NCBI GenBank assembly: GCA_045580165.1
Contig: JAZNNG010000077.1
Location: 1,810 to 65,809 of the forward strand
DNA: 64,000 bases
Direction of reading: 5' to 3'
From: Eubacteriales bacterium
GTDB lineage: Bacteria > Bacillota > Clostridia > Oscillospirales > CAG-272
The notes under the pieces were generated by a model. The model did not search any database, was not told where the DNA came from, and saw only the letters and a program-made list of their open reading frames with translations. Made by a program: the position numbers and the translations under genes. Shown piece after piece: positions 1 through 8,170 of this stretch. Every line of letters starts with the position of its first letter. Within the stretch, counting starts at the first letter, position 1.

Positions 1-594
1 GCGGGTAAGATAATAAAGGCAGTAGTTGCTGCACAAAGTCTCCCCGTAACCGTAAAAATACGCGCAGGCTGGGACGAAAACAGTATTAACGCGGTAGAGC
101 TTGCTAAAATTGCCGAGGATAGCGGAGCGTCTATGATATGCGTACACGGACGTACACGCGAGGATATGTACGGTCCGAACGTCAGACTCGATGTTATCAA
201 GGCGGTGAAGGGAAGTGTTAACATCCCCGTTCTCGCAAACGGCGGCATAATGAATGCGGATGATGCGATAAGAACGCTTGAACTTACGGGCGCAGACGGA
301 GTTATGATAGCTCGCGGAGCAATGGGTAACCCGTGGATATTCGAGGAGATCGACGCACGGCTTGCAGGAAAAGCTTATACTCCACCTGAGCTTGATGAAA
401 GGATAGAGACCGCGCTTGAGCACGTTGCGCTTCTCATCAAAGAGAAGGGTAGTGTTACCGGTGTTCGCGAGGCAAGAAAGCACGTAAGCTCATACACCTC
501 GGGTGTAGTGGGCGGTGCGCAGGCGAGAGGCAGAATAAACTACGCAAACTCTTATGAAGAATTTGCAGAAATATTAAACGGACTCTTAAAATAA
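1..594 (+). CDS. dus: tRNA-dihydrouridine synthase, C-terminal part (5' end outside window)
   Basis: Frame 1 is open from base 1. The translation (ICVHGRTREDMY...NIPVLANGGI...GADGVMIARGAMGNPWIF) is typical of the Dus TIM barrel plus C-terminal helical domain. Confidence 0.85.
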   Translation, partial: AGKIIKAVVAAQSLPVTVKIRAGWDENSINAVELAKIAEDSGASMICVHGRTREDMYGPNVRLDVIKAVKGSVNIPVLANGGIMNADDAIRTLELTGADGVMIARGAMGNPWIFEEIDARLAGKAYTPPELDERIETALEHVALLIKEKGSVTGVREARKHVSSYTSGVVGGAQARGRINYANSYEEFAEILNGLLK

Positions 595-667
595 ACTGCC
601 AACTATATTTTGGGTTTACGTTGATCTGATTTGCTTAGGCGGTGTACAATTTTCATCATAGAAAGCA

Positions 668-702
668 ATTGAGGCTCCAACCATATTGGTTAGAGCCTCA
701 AT
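668..702. terminator. Bidirectional stem-loop between convergent genes
   Basis: ATTGAGGCTC...GAGCCTCAAT inverted repeat lies between the dus stop and the stop of the minus-strand gene. Confidence 0.55.
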
Positions 703-711
703 AATTAACAA

Positions 712-1293
712 CTATTCGGGAATTTCTGCCGTTATTTCATCTTCGGGATTGTTAAAGAAGATTGGTAGGGTGATATATTCTGCTACCGGTGCCAAATTAG
801 CTTTCGGATTCATAATTACATAATAATGAGTTGTTGTTACTGCCTCGCCTTTATCAAGAAATTTCAGAGCAACTGCTACATCGTTTGAAACTCCGGAAAT
901 AGAATAGATTTCACCACGAAGTTTCTCAGTGGAAGTATATTCGCCAGCAGCGTTCTTCCACCCTGCAGTTACAGAAACATCCGATAACTTGTCATTGATT
1001 TTGTCATTGGAAATAACTTTACCTCCAACGTAAGTGGAGAATGCTGACTCATCTACATTGTAAAAATATCCGGATTCGTATTTGTAGTCATTCTCTACGG
1101 ATGGAGTACCATTTTCGTTATCAAAAAACATTGGTATAGCAACAATGCTTGCCAGTAATATTACTAAAAAGGAAGCAACAAGTGAACACCATCTGGGCCA
1201 GACATTCTTTTTTGCTTTTTTCTCCTGTCCTGCTTCTTTGATGTGGTTTTCGTTAATATTCCCAAGGACTTCATAGAGTTTTTCAATTTTCAT
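712..1293 (-). CDS. Putative anti-sigma factor / single-pass membrane protein
   Basis: Its start overlaps the sigma gene stop (ATGA). It has a short cytoplasmic N-terminus (LGNINENHIKEA), one TM helix (LVASFLVILLASIVAIPMFF) and an extracytoplasmic domain of about 135 aa. Confidence 0.6.
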   Translation of the reverse strand: MKIEKLYEVLGNINENHIKEAGQEKKAKKNVWPRWCSLVASFLVILLASIVAIPMFFDNENGTPSVENDYKYESGYFYNVDESAFSTYVGGKVISNDKINDKLSDVSVTAGWKNAAGEYTSTEKLRGEIYSISGVSNDVAVALKFLDKGEAVTTTHYYVIMNPKANLAPVAEYITLPIFFNNPEDEITAEIPE

Positions 1294-1883
1294 AGTTCAA
1301 ATCCCCTTTCTAATAGGTATTTGTTTAATTTTTGGCGTATGCGTTTGAGTGTCATTGATACTGTACCTTCTTTCATACCGTGCTTAATAGCTATTTCTGT
1401 AATGCTATTAGTGTACCAATATCGGCAGACGAAGATCCTTCTTTTCTCTGGAGAAAGGGTGCCCAGAAATGTATCAATGGCCTTTACAAGTTCTTTTGTG
1501 TAAAATTCCTGTTCTACATCATCGTTGCCAGATACCAAATCGGACAGTTCATCAAGAACTGCAGGAAGTTCTCCCCCGCCTCGTTTGTCGGCGGTATTGT
1601 GTTTATATCTATTAAACGACAAGTTTCTGGTGATTTTTCCGAGAAATGTTGACAGTATGCTTGGCCTGTGCGGAGGCATAGAGTTCCAAGCGTGCAAATA
1701 TGTATCATTTACACATTCTTCAGCATCTTCTTTGTTTCCTAGTATGTTTATGGCAATTGAGGTACAGTAATTTCCGTATTTTTCCGAGGTAGCAGGAATG
1801 GCCTGTTCATCTCTATCCCAGTATAACTGGACTATTGTTGCGTCATTCAATACAATCACTTCCTTCCGTTTGTTCCCCTTCAC
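1290..1883 (-). CDS. RNA polymerase sigma-70 family ECF-type sigma factor
   Basis: Region 2 (DAEECVNDTYLHAW) and a region 4 HTH (ITEIAIKHGMKEGTVSMTLKRIRQKL) are present. The true start is probably an internal GTG/TTG near 1850-1859, after GGAAGGAAGTGA. Confidence 0.85.
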   Translation of the reverse strand: MKGNKRKEVIVLNDATIVQLYWDRDEQAIPATSEKYGNYCTSIAINILGNKEDAEECVNDTYLHAWNSMPPHRPSILSTFLGKITRNLSFNRYKHNTADKRGGGELPAVLDELSDLVSGNDDVEQEFYTKELVKAIDTFLGTLSPEKRRIFVCRYWYTNSITEIAIKHGMKEGTVSMTLKRIRQKLNKYLLERGFEL

Positions 1884-2010
1884 CTATATACACAACTTTT
1901 GAACAAAAATCTAACATATTTTTGGATTTTTTCGAATAGGTCTTTACCAAAAATACCATATTGTAGGTGAAATTTCATTATGACAATAAGCTCGATTTGA
2001 AATATAACAA

Positions 2011-2043
2011 AAGAAGTGCGACGGTCAGACCGTCGCACTTCTT
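2011..2043. terminator. Stem-loop terminator downstream of the SOS-regulated ORF
   Basis: AAGAAGTGCGACGG-TCAGA-CCGTCGCACTTCTT perfect hairpin, followed by a T-rich tract on the minus strand. Confidence 0.65.
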
Positions 2044-2055
2044 TTACCGTGAACC

Positions 2056-2367
2056 TCAAAGCACGTATCTTCTGTTGCCTACCTTGACTGCGAATTTAAC
2101 GAGCCTGTGGTGCTTTGAAAAGTGAGAAAGAAACTTGAAAAGTATATCTATTTTTGCTTTTCTTTCAGCGTAGTCAGCTTCGATTCCGCCTATCTCAACA
2201 ACTGTGGGACGCTTTGTGTTAGCAAGCTCATTTAAGCGGCGGATAAACGAGAAGAGAGTATAGTCGTCTGCTCCGATTGCTTTGGCAGCAATGCCTACAG
2301 TGGAGTTGCTTCTTCCGCTTCTGTATAAATTAGTTCTGTAGTATCTTATATTTGTTGTTGCTGTCAT
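2056..2367 (-). CDS. Hypothetical 103-aa protein, candidate SOS (LexA)-regulated gene
   Basis: ATG at 2367 is preceded by GAGGTG. The longer 132-aa track ORF would begin inside the promoter. I recognise no TM segment and no family. The unit has its own terminator. Confidence 0.65.
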   Translation of the reverse strand: MTATTNIRYYRTNLYRSGRSNSTVGIAAKAIGADDYTLFSFIRRLNELANTKRPTVVEIGGIEADYAERKAKIDILFKFLSHFSKHHRLVKFAVKVGNRRYVL

Positions 2368-2384
2368 TGTAATCACCTCGTAAT

Positions 2385-2461
2385 CGAACATTTGTTCTTT
2401 TGCAAATTCATTATACCAAACAAATGTTCGGTTGTCAATATAATTTCCGAACATTTGTTCG
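2385..2461 (-). promoter_or_regulatory. Consensus sigma-A promoter (TTGACA-17-TATAAT) with three LexA/Cheo boxes
   Basis: Read on the minus strand: CGAACAAATGTTCG (2448-2461), -35 TTGACA (2433-2438), CGAACATTTGTTTG inside the spacer (2417-2430), -10 TATAAT (2410-2415), AGAACAAATGTTCG (2385-2398). Confidence 0.7.
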
Positions 2462-2513
2462 ATTTGTTAAAAACTAACAAATTCGAGCTTGGATTTAGGT
2501 GAATATGACAAAA

Positions 2514-2537
2514 AGCGAGCCGCTTTTGCGACTCGCT
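2514..2537 (-). terminator. Rho-independent terminator of the prfB-tkt transcription unit
   Basis: AGCGAG...CTCGCT stem followed by a T run on the minus strand, directly after the tkt C-subunit stop. Confidence 0.6.
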
Positions 2538-2543
2538 TTCAAA

Positions 2544-3482
2544 TTATTTCTTTTCAATAGCCTCTTTAGCCTTAGCAACGAGGTTGCTTGCGGTAAGTCC
2601 GTACATTTCCATAAGCGGAGGTACCTTGCCCGAACGTCCGAACACGTCGCTTGTACCAACTCTGACAACGGGAGTGGGGAGCTCCTCTGCAAGAAGCTCA
2701 CAAACTGCGCTTCCGAGACCACCGATTATGTTGTGCTCCTCTGCAGTTACTATCGCGCCCGTTTCTTTTGCAGCCGCAAGAATTATTTCCTTATCAAGAG
2801 GCTTGATGGTTGCAATGTTGATAACACGCGCGCTGATTCCTTCATTTTTAAGAAGCTCAGCGGCGGTGAGTGCCTCGTGAACCATAAGACCCGTTGCAAC
2901 GATCGTTACGTCGTTACCGTCGGTGAGTTTTACACCCTTACCGATCTCAAACTTGTAGCTTTCGTCGAATATTACCGGGATAGCAAGACGTCCGAATCTG
3001 AGATATACGGGACCGTCAAAGTTGATAGCGGCTTCAACCGCAAGTCTTGCTTCGGTAGCGTCGGCGGGGTTGATAATGGTCATACCGGGGATGGAGCGCA
3101 TAAGCGCGATATCCTCAAGACATTGGTGCGTAGCGCCGTCCTCACCAACGGATATACCTGCGTGTGTAGCGCCTATCTTTACGTTGAGGTGGGGATAAGC
3201 GACTGAGTTGCGTATCTGCTCAAACGCACGGCCTGCGCTGAACATTGCAAACGAGCTTACAAAGGGGATCTTTCCCGTGGTTGCGAGACCTGCCGCAACC
3301 GACACCATATTACCTTCTGCAATTCCGCAGTCGAAAAATCTTTCGGGAAATACCTTTTTGAACTTGATCGTCTTTGTCGCTTCAGCGAGGTCGGCATCGA
3401 AAACGACGAGGTTTTCATACTTGGCGCCGAATTCTGCGAGAGCCGCGCCGTAGGCTTCTCTTGTAGCTATCTTATCTGCCAT
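2544..3482 (-). CDS. tkt: Transketolase, C-terminal subunit (split tkt)
   Basis: 312 aa with pyrimidine-binding and C-terminal transketolase domains (FFDCGIAEGNMV, HAGISVGEDGATHQ). Confidence 0.95.
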   Translation of the reverse strand: MADKIATREAYGAALAEFGAKYENLVVFDADLAEATKTIKFKKVFPERFFDCGIAEGNMVSVAAGLATTGKIPFVSSFAMFSAGRAFEQIRNSVAYPHLNVKIGATHAGISVGEDGATHQCLEDIALMRSIPGMTIINPADATEARLAVEAAINFDGPVYLRFGRLAIPVIFDESYKFEIGKGVKLTDGNDVTIVATGLMVHEALTAAELLKNEGISARVINIATIKPLDKEIILAAAKETGAIVTAEEHNIIGGLGSAVCELLAEELPTPVVRVGTSDVFGRSGKVPPLMEMYGLTASNLVAKAKEAIEKK

Positions 3483-3501
3483 TTGTGATTACCTGCCTTT
3501 C

Positions 3502-4320
3502 TTATGCGCCGAGCTCTTCGAGAGCGAGCTTGTACTGATCTTCCTTGGGTGCGGTGCCGTGCCAGGAAACCTGGTTTTCCATAAAGGAAACGCCCTTACC
3601 CTTAACTGTCTTCATAATAACCGCGGTGGGCTTGCCCTTTGTTTCCTTGGCAATTTTTACCGCGTTTCTTATTTCGTCGAAATTATGACCGTCTATTTCA
3701 ACCACGTTCCAGCCGAATGCCTCAAACTTTTCCTTGAAGGGAGCAGGTCCGATTATCTCGGCAACACTTCCGTCGATCTGAAGACCGTTGTAGTCGAGGA
3801 ACAGACAAAGATTGTCAAGCTTGTAGTGTGCCGCGAACATCGAAGCCTCCCAGACCTGACCTTCCTCTGATTCACCGTCACCGACGATGGTGTAGACTCT
3901 GTAATCGTCGCCCGAGATCTTCGCCGAAAGAGCCATACCGCATGCCGCGGAAATTCCGAGTCCGAGTGAGCCGGTAGACATATCAACACCGGGAGTACCC
4001 TTCATATCGGGGTGACCCTGGAGATAGCTCTCTATATTACGGAGAGTCTTCAAGTCGTTAACGGGGATAAATCCGCGATGAGCAAGTGTGGAATAAAGCG
4101 CAGGAGCCGCGTGTCCCTTCGAGAGAACGAAACGGTCACGGTCAGCCGCCTTGGGGTTCTTGGGGTCGATGTTCATTTCCTCAAAATAAAGGTATGTCAT
4201 AACGTCGGCAATCGAAAGAGAACCGCCGGGATGACCCGAGGCAGCATTGTAAACGCCCTCGATTATACCAACGCGTATTTTTCTTGCCTGCTCTGCGAGA
4301 AAAGTGTTTGTCTGTAGCAT
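3502..4320 (-). CDS. tkt: Transketolase, N-terminal (TPP-binding) subunit
   Basis: 272 aa with HPGGSLS, VLSKGHAAPALY and the GDGESEEGQVWEA TPP motif. Confidence 0.95.
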   Translation of the reverse strand: MLQTNTFLAEQARKIRVGIIEGVYNAASGHPGGSLSIADVMTYLYFEEMNIDPKNPKAADRDRFVLSKGHAAPALYSTLAHRGFIPVNDLKTLRNIESYLQGHPDMKGTPGVDMSTGSLGLGISAACGMALSAKISGDDYRVYTIVGDGESEEGQVWEASMFAAHYKLDNLCLFLDYNGLQIDGSVAEIIGPAPFKEKFEAFGWNVVEIDGHNFDEIRNAVKIAKETKGKPTAVIMKTVKGKGVSFMENQVSWHGTAPKEDQYKLALEELGA

Positions 4321-4341
4321 TTGTCTTATCCTTTCAACGAA

Positions 4342-5463
4342 TTAAATTTCGGAATTCTTGCTTGCGTTAGCCTTGAGGTAAGCGTTTATGAAGCCGTCGA
4401 TCTCGCCGTCCATAACCGCATTTATGTTACCGTCCTCGTAGCCTGTACGGGTGTCCTTTGCGAGTGTGTAGGGCATGAATACGTAGGAACGTATCTGAGC
4501 ACCCCACTCGATGTTGGTCTTGTTACCCTGAATATCCTCGATACGCTCAAGCTTTTCGCGTTCCTTTATCTCCATAAGTTTGCTCTTGAGCATTTTCATA
4601 GCCGTTTCCTTGTTCTGAAGCTGGCTGCGCTCGGTCTGACATCCGACTACTATACCGGTAGGTATGTGAACTATACGGATAGCCGAGTCTGTCTTGTTGA
4701 CGTGCTGACCGCCCGCACCGCTTGAACGGTGAGCAGTAACCTCAATGTCTTCCTCACGTATTTCTATCTTGCCGTCGTCCTGGAACTCGGGCATTACCTC
4801 GACGGATGCAAAGGATGTGTGACGTCTTCCCGACGAGTCGAACGGTGAAACTCTTACGAGTCTGTGAACTCCGTTTTCGCTCTTTAAGTAGCCGTACGCG
4901 TTCTCGCCCTCGACCATAATAGTCGCGCTCTTGAGACCTGCTTCTTCGCCGTCAAGCCAGTCAATAAGCTTTACGTTGTAGCCGTGCTTTTCGCCCCAAC
5001 GCGTATACATACGGTAGAGCATAAGCGCCCAGTCCTGAGCCTCGGTGCCGCCTGCACCGGGGTGGAACGAAACGATAGCGTTGTTCTGATCGTATTCACC
5101 CGAGAGCAAAAGCTCGATCCTTTGCTTTTCTTCTTCGGCGCAAATTGCTTCAAGCTCGCCCTCCACCTCGGGAACGAGAGATTCGTCGCCCTCGTCGATT
5201 CCAAGCTCTGCGAGAACTATTGCGTCCTCGAGTCTTGTTGCGAGGTCTTCAAATCTTTTTATCTTGTCTTTAAGCTGCTTTACCTTCTTGAGAACCTCCC
5301 CCGATTTTTCCTGATCGTTCCAGAAATCGGGTTCAAAGGTGATCTTTTCAAGCTCGTCGGCCTTTTCTCTCAGCTTTTCTATCTGGAGAGCGTTGCCGAG
5401 CTCCTTGATGCTTTCGCGCATACCTTGAAGCTTGTATTTAGCTTCTTCAAGTTGAATAATCAA
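4342..5463 (-). CDS. prfB: Peptide chain release factor 2 (single frame, no programmed frameshift)
   Basis: SPF tripeptide (RVSPFDS) and GGQ motif (SGAGGQHVNKT) are present. The likely start is TTG at 5463, five nt after GGGAGG. The track ATG at 5490 is an alternative. Confidence 0.92.
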   Translation of the reverse strand: MIIQLEEAKYKLQGMRESIKELGNALQIEKLREKADELEKITFEPDFWNDQEKSGEVLKKVKQLKDKIKRFEDLATRLEDAIVLAELGIDEGDESLVPEVEGELEAICAEEEKQRIELLLSGEYDQNNAIVSFHPGAGGTEAQDWALMLYRMYTRWGEKHGYNVKLIDWLDGEEAGLKSATIMVEGENAYGYLKSENGVHRLVRVSPFDSSGRRHTSFASVEVMPEFQDDGKIEIREEDIEVTAHRSSGAGGQHVNKTDSAIRIVHIPTGIVVGCQTERSQLQNKETAMKMLKSKLMEIKEREKLERIEDIQGNKTNIEWGAQIRSYVFMPYTLAKDTRTGYEDGNINAVMDGEIDGFINAYLKANASKNSEI

Positions 5464-5715
5464 TATTTCCTCCCGACGCTTAAGCGTCATATTACTTTAG
5501 CCTTTCATTTCATACACAATAAGTATAACAAATTTTCACTGTCAAGTCAATACGGATACAATACCTTTTTTAATCGAAACAAACATTTTTTCGTGTTTAG
5601 TTTTGTATTTTAATAAAATGTAAACTTTGTCAGAACGTAATTGTTTTTGCAATCGCACGGAGTTATAATTACTATGTATATTTATGTCCCCCGGGTGGGA
5701 GTTAGGAGAAGCAAA

Positions 5716-6927
5716 ATGAAATATCTAATACTTGTATGTGACGGAATGGCAGATTATCCTATTGACGAGCTTGGCGGTCTTACTCCTATGGAGAAGGCTG
5801 ATAAGCCGTTTATGGACAAGCTTGCGAAGGTTTCGGTGTGCGGAACTGTATCTAACGTGCCTGAGGGAATGGTACCCGAGAGCGACACCGCCAACATTGC
5901 TATTATGTCGTACGATCCGAAAATATATTCCAAGGGACGCTCGCCCCTTGAGGCCGTCAGTATGGGTCTTCACATGAACGACAACGATACTGCGTACCGC
6001 TGCAACCTCGTTACGCTCAGCGAGGAGGACTGCGACTACGATGACCGTACTATAATCGACCATAGCGCTGACGAGATAACGACCGCAGAAGCCGATGTAC
6101 TCATAAAAGCGCTTGAGGAGCATTTCGGACGCGACGGTATGCATTTCTATACAGGCGTCAGCTACAGACATTGTATGATTCTTGAAAACGGAATAGAGAA
6201 GTACGATTTTATGCGTCCTCACGATATTCTCACACAGAGAATAGGCGAGTATATGCCGAAGGACAAGGACGGCGAGATGTTCTATAAAATAATGCGCAAA
6301 AGCTACGATATTCTCGAAAACCATCCTATCAATGTAAAGAGACGCGAAAGAGGGCTCAAGCCCGCAAACTCCGCGTGGTTCTGGAGTCCGGGAAGAAAGC
6401 CCGCCCTTCCTAACTTCAAGGAGAAGTGGGGACTTGACGCGACCGTAATTTCTGCAGTTGACCTTATCAAGGGAATAGGACTTTGCGCAGGAATGGAATC
6501 TATCGACGTTGAGGGTGCTACCGGTAACGTACACACTAATTACACGGGTAAGGCAAACGCCGCGATAGACGCGTATAAGCGCGGTAAGGACCTCGTTTAC
6601 ATACACGTTGAAGCGCCCGACGAGTGCGGACACAGAGCAGAGCTTGATAACAAGATAATATCGGTAGAAAAAATTGATAAGCTCATTCTTGAGCCTGTTT
6701 ACAACCACTTAAAGTCAAGCGGAGATGACTTTACAATTCTTATACTCCCTGACCATCCCACGCCTATATGCAGAAGAACTCACACTATGGAGCCTGTACC
6801 GTTCGTTCTGTATTCATCCGATAAAGCAAGTGCCGGAATCGATATGTACAGTGAAAAGAACTGCGCGGCAACAGGCAACTATATTGCAGACGGATATACG
6901 CTTCTTGACACGGTTATAAGAAAATAA
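5716..6927 (+). CDS. apgM: Cofactor-independent phosphoglycerate mutase, archaeal-type (ApgM family; the proposed-homoserine-kinase subfamily is not excluded)
   Basis: MKYLILVCDGMADYP at the N-terminus and EAPDECGH metal motif. ATG at 5716 follows AGGAGA. The upstream part of the track ORF lacks support. Confidence 0.8.
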   Translation: MKYLILVCDGMADYPIDELGGLTPMEKADKPFMDKLAKVSVCGTVSNVPEGMVPESDTANIAIMSYDPKIYSKGRSPLEAVSMGLHMNDNDTAYRCNLVTLSEEDCDYDDRTIIDHSADEITTAEADVLIKALEEHFGRDGMHFYTGVSYRHCMILENGIEKYDFMRPHDILTQRIGEYMPKDKDGEMFYKIMRKSYDILENHPINVKRRERGLKPANSAWFWSPGRKPALPNFKEKWGLDATVISAVDLIKGIGLCAGMESIDVEGATGNVHTNYTGKANAAIDAYKRGKDLVYIHVEAPDECGHRAELDNKIISVEKIDKLILEPVYNHLKSSGDDFTILILPDHPTPICRRTHTMEPVPFVLYSSDKASAGIDMYSEKNCAATGNYIADGYTLLDTVIRK

Positions 6928-6941
6928 AACAGGAGATAAAT

Positions 6942-7535
6942 ATGGACAACAGAACTGAAAAGCGGAACGAGGCACTAAAGCCTGCAAGATCGGTATATGA
7001 GATAGTTGAAATGATCGTTCTCGCAATGGTCATAACGCTGACCCTGTTTATGTTTGCGGGTAGACTTACAACTGTTGACGGTCCCTCGATGAACAATACT
7101 CTTGCTGACGGTGAGGTGCTTCTCGTCACCAATCTCGGCAAGGCTCCCGAGAGAGGGGATATTATCGTGTTTCAGTCGCCCGAAAGCCACCTCAAGGACC
7201 CGATAGTAAAAAGAATTATCGCGACCGAGGGCGAAACGGTCGATATAGATTTCGAAAACTGGATAGTTTACGTTGACGGAGAGCCGCTTTATACTGATGA
7301 AAACGGCGATCCGGCGCGTGAGCCTTACGTCAATTACGAAAACACGCGTATGTACCAATATGACAGAGACTTTCCGTATACTGTACCCGAGGGCGAGGTG
7401 TTCGTAATGGGCGACAACAGAAATCACTCAAACGACAGCCGCGGTACTGATATAGGTACCATTGACACAAGATACATTTTCGGTAAGGTCATATTCAGAA
7501 TCAAGCCCCTTTCCAGAATGGGAACTGTCGCGTAA
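6942..7535 (+). CDS. lepB: Signal peptidase I
   Basis: N-terminal TM helix, catalytic Ser box (DGPSMNNTL), VKRIIATEGETV and GDNRNHSNDSR boxes. Confidence 0.9.
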   Translation: MDNRTEKRNEALKPARSVYEIVEMIVLAMVITLTLFMFAGRLTTVDGPSMNNTLADGEVLLVTNLGKAPERGDIIVFQSPESHLKDPIVKRIIATEGETVDIDFENWIVYVDGEPLYTDENGDPAREPYVNYENTRMYQYDRDFPYTVPEGEVFVMGDNRNHSNDSRGTDIGTIDTRYIFGKVIFRIKPLSRMGTVA

Positions 7536-7558
7536 CTTGTGATGTATCGGAGAACACT

Positions 7559-8149
7559 ATGGGATTCGGACTTTTATTTATAGGATATTTGCTCTCGCAC
7601 GGATTTACCTCGGGCGCAAACTACGTGGTTTCGCTCGTTGGTATAATCGGTGCGGTCATATTGCTTTTTGCCTGCAAAAAGCTTGCCGTATATTCAAGAG
7701 AATTCAAGTATGCGGGCATAGTGTCGGTCTTATTTGCTTTGTCGTACCTGTTTAACGGTATTCTTCAGCTTGTTGAGACCTATGGAACAGACGCAAGTGT
7801 ACCGTCGGTTTTACTTAATCTTTCCCGCGGTGCTATCATTGCGCTGGTATTCGGATTTAACTATTTTATGTACAGAGGAATTGCAGATATAGCAAGATTT
7901 GCCGAGGTAAGGGGACTTGCGGTGAGTGCCGTGAGAAACCTTGTGTTTATGATAATCTATTATCTTGATCTGATTTTTGCTATGATACTAAAGCCGTATT
8001 ACCCGAAGGTGTCGGGTGTGCTTGGACTTACGGGTGCAATAATCGGTGTAGTTTGGCTTATTCTCAGCGTATGGTGCGTGATGAGCGCATATATGAAGAT
8101 ATGCCTCGAGGGCGACGAGGAAATGCCCGACGCTCGCGGTAGAAAATAA
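7559..8149 (+). CDS. Hypothetical polytopic membrane protein (196 aa)
   Basis: About 6 hydrophobic helices, RBS GGAGAA, compact spacing after lepB. I recognise no family. Confidence 0.6.
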   Translation: MGFGLLFIGYLLSHGFTSGANYVVSLVGIIGAVILLFACKKLAVYSREFKYAGIVSVLFALSYLFNGILQLVETYGTDASVPSVLLNLSRGAIIALVFGFNYFMYRGIADIARFAEVRGLAVSAVRNLVFMIIYYLDLIFAMILKPYYPKVSGVLGLTGAIIGVVWLILSVWCVMSAYMKICLEGDEEMPDARGRK

Positions 8150-8170
8150 GATCTTGTAACGGAGAATTTT

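Noticed and set aside
2368-2454. 132-aa version of the SOS-regulated ORF starting at 2454
   Set aside because: That start would place the first 29 codons across the -35, -10 and LexA boxes. The internal ATG at 2367 has a proper GAGGTG RBS.
4342-5490. Possible programmed +1 frameshift in prfB
   Set aside because: The frame is continuous and there is no CUU-UGA-C. The TAT-TGA look-alike after GGGAGG sits in a frame with no start codon.
5725-6708. 327-aa ORF antisense to apgM; similar long antisense ORFs at 48117-49013, 46906-47493, 2499-3206, 33698-34207, 15088-15606 and 59942-60475
   Set aside because: Each lies fully inside, and opposite to, a gene with unmistakable conserved motifs. The translations are low-information (Arg/Ser/Val/Leu-rich) with no RBS. 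These are typical shadow ORFs.
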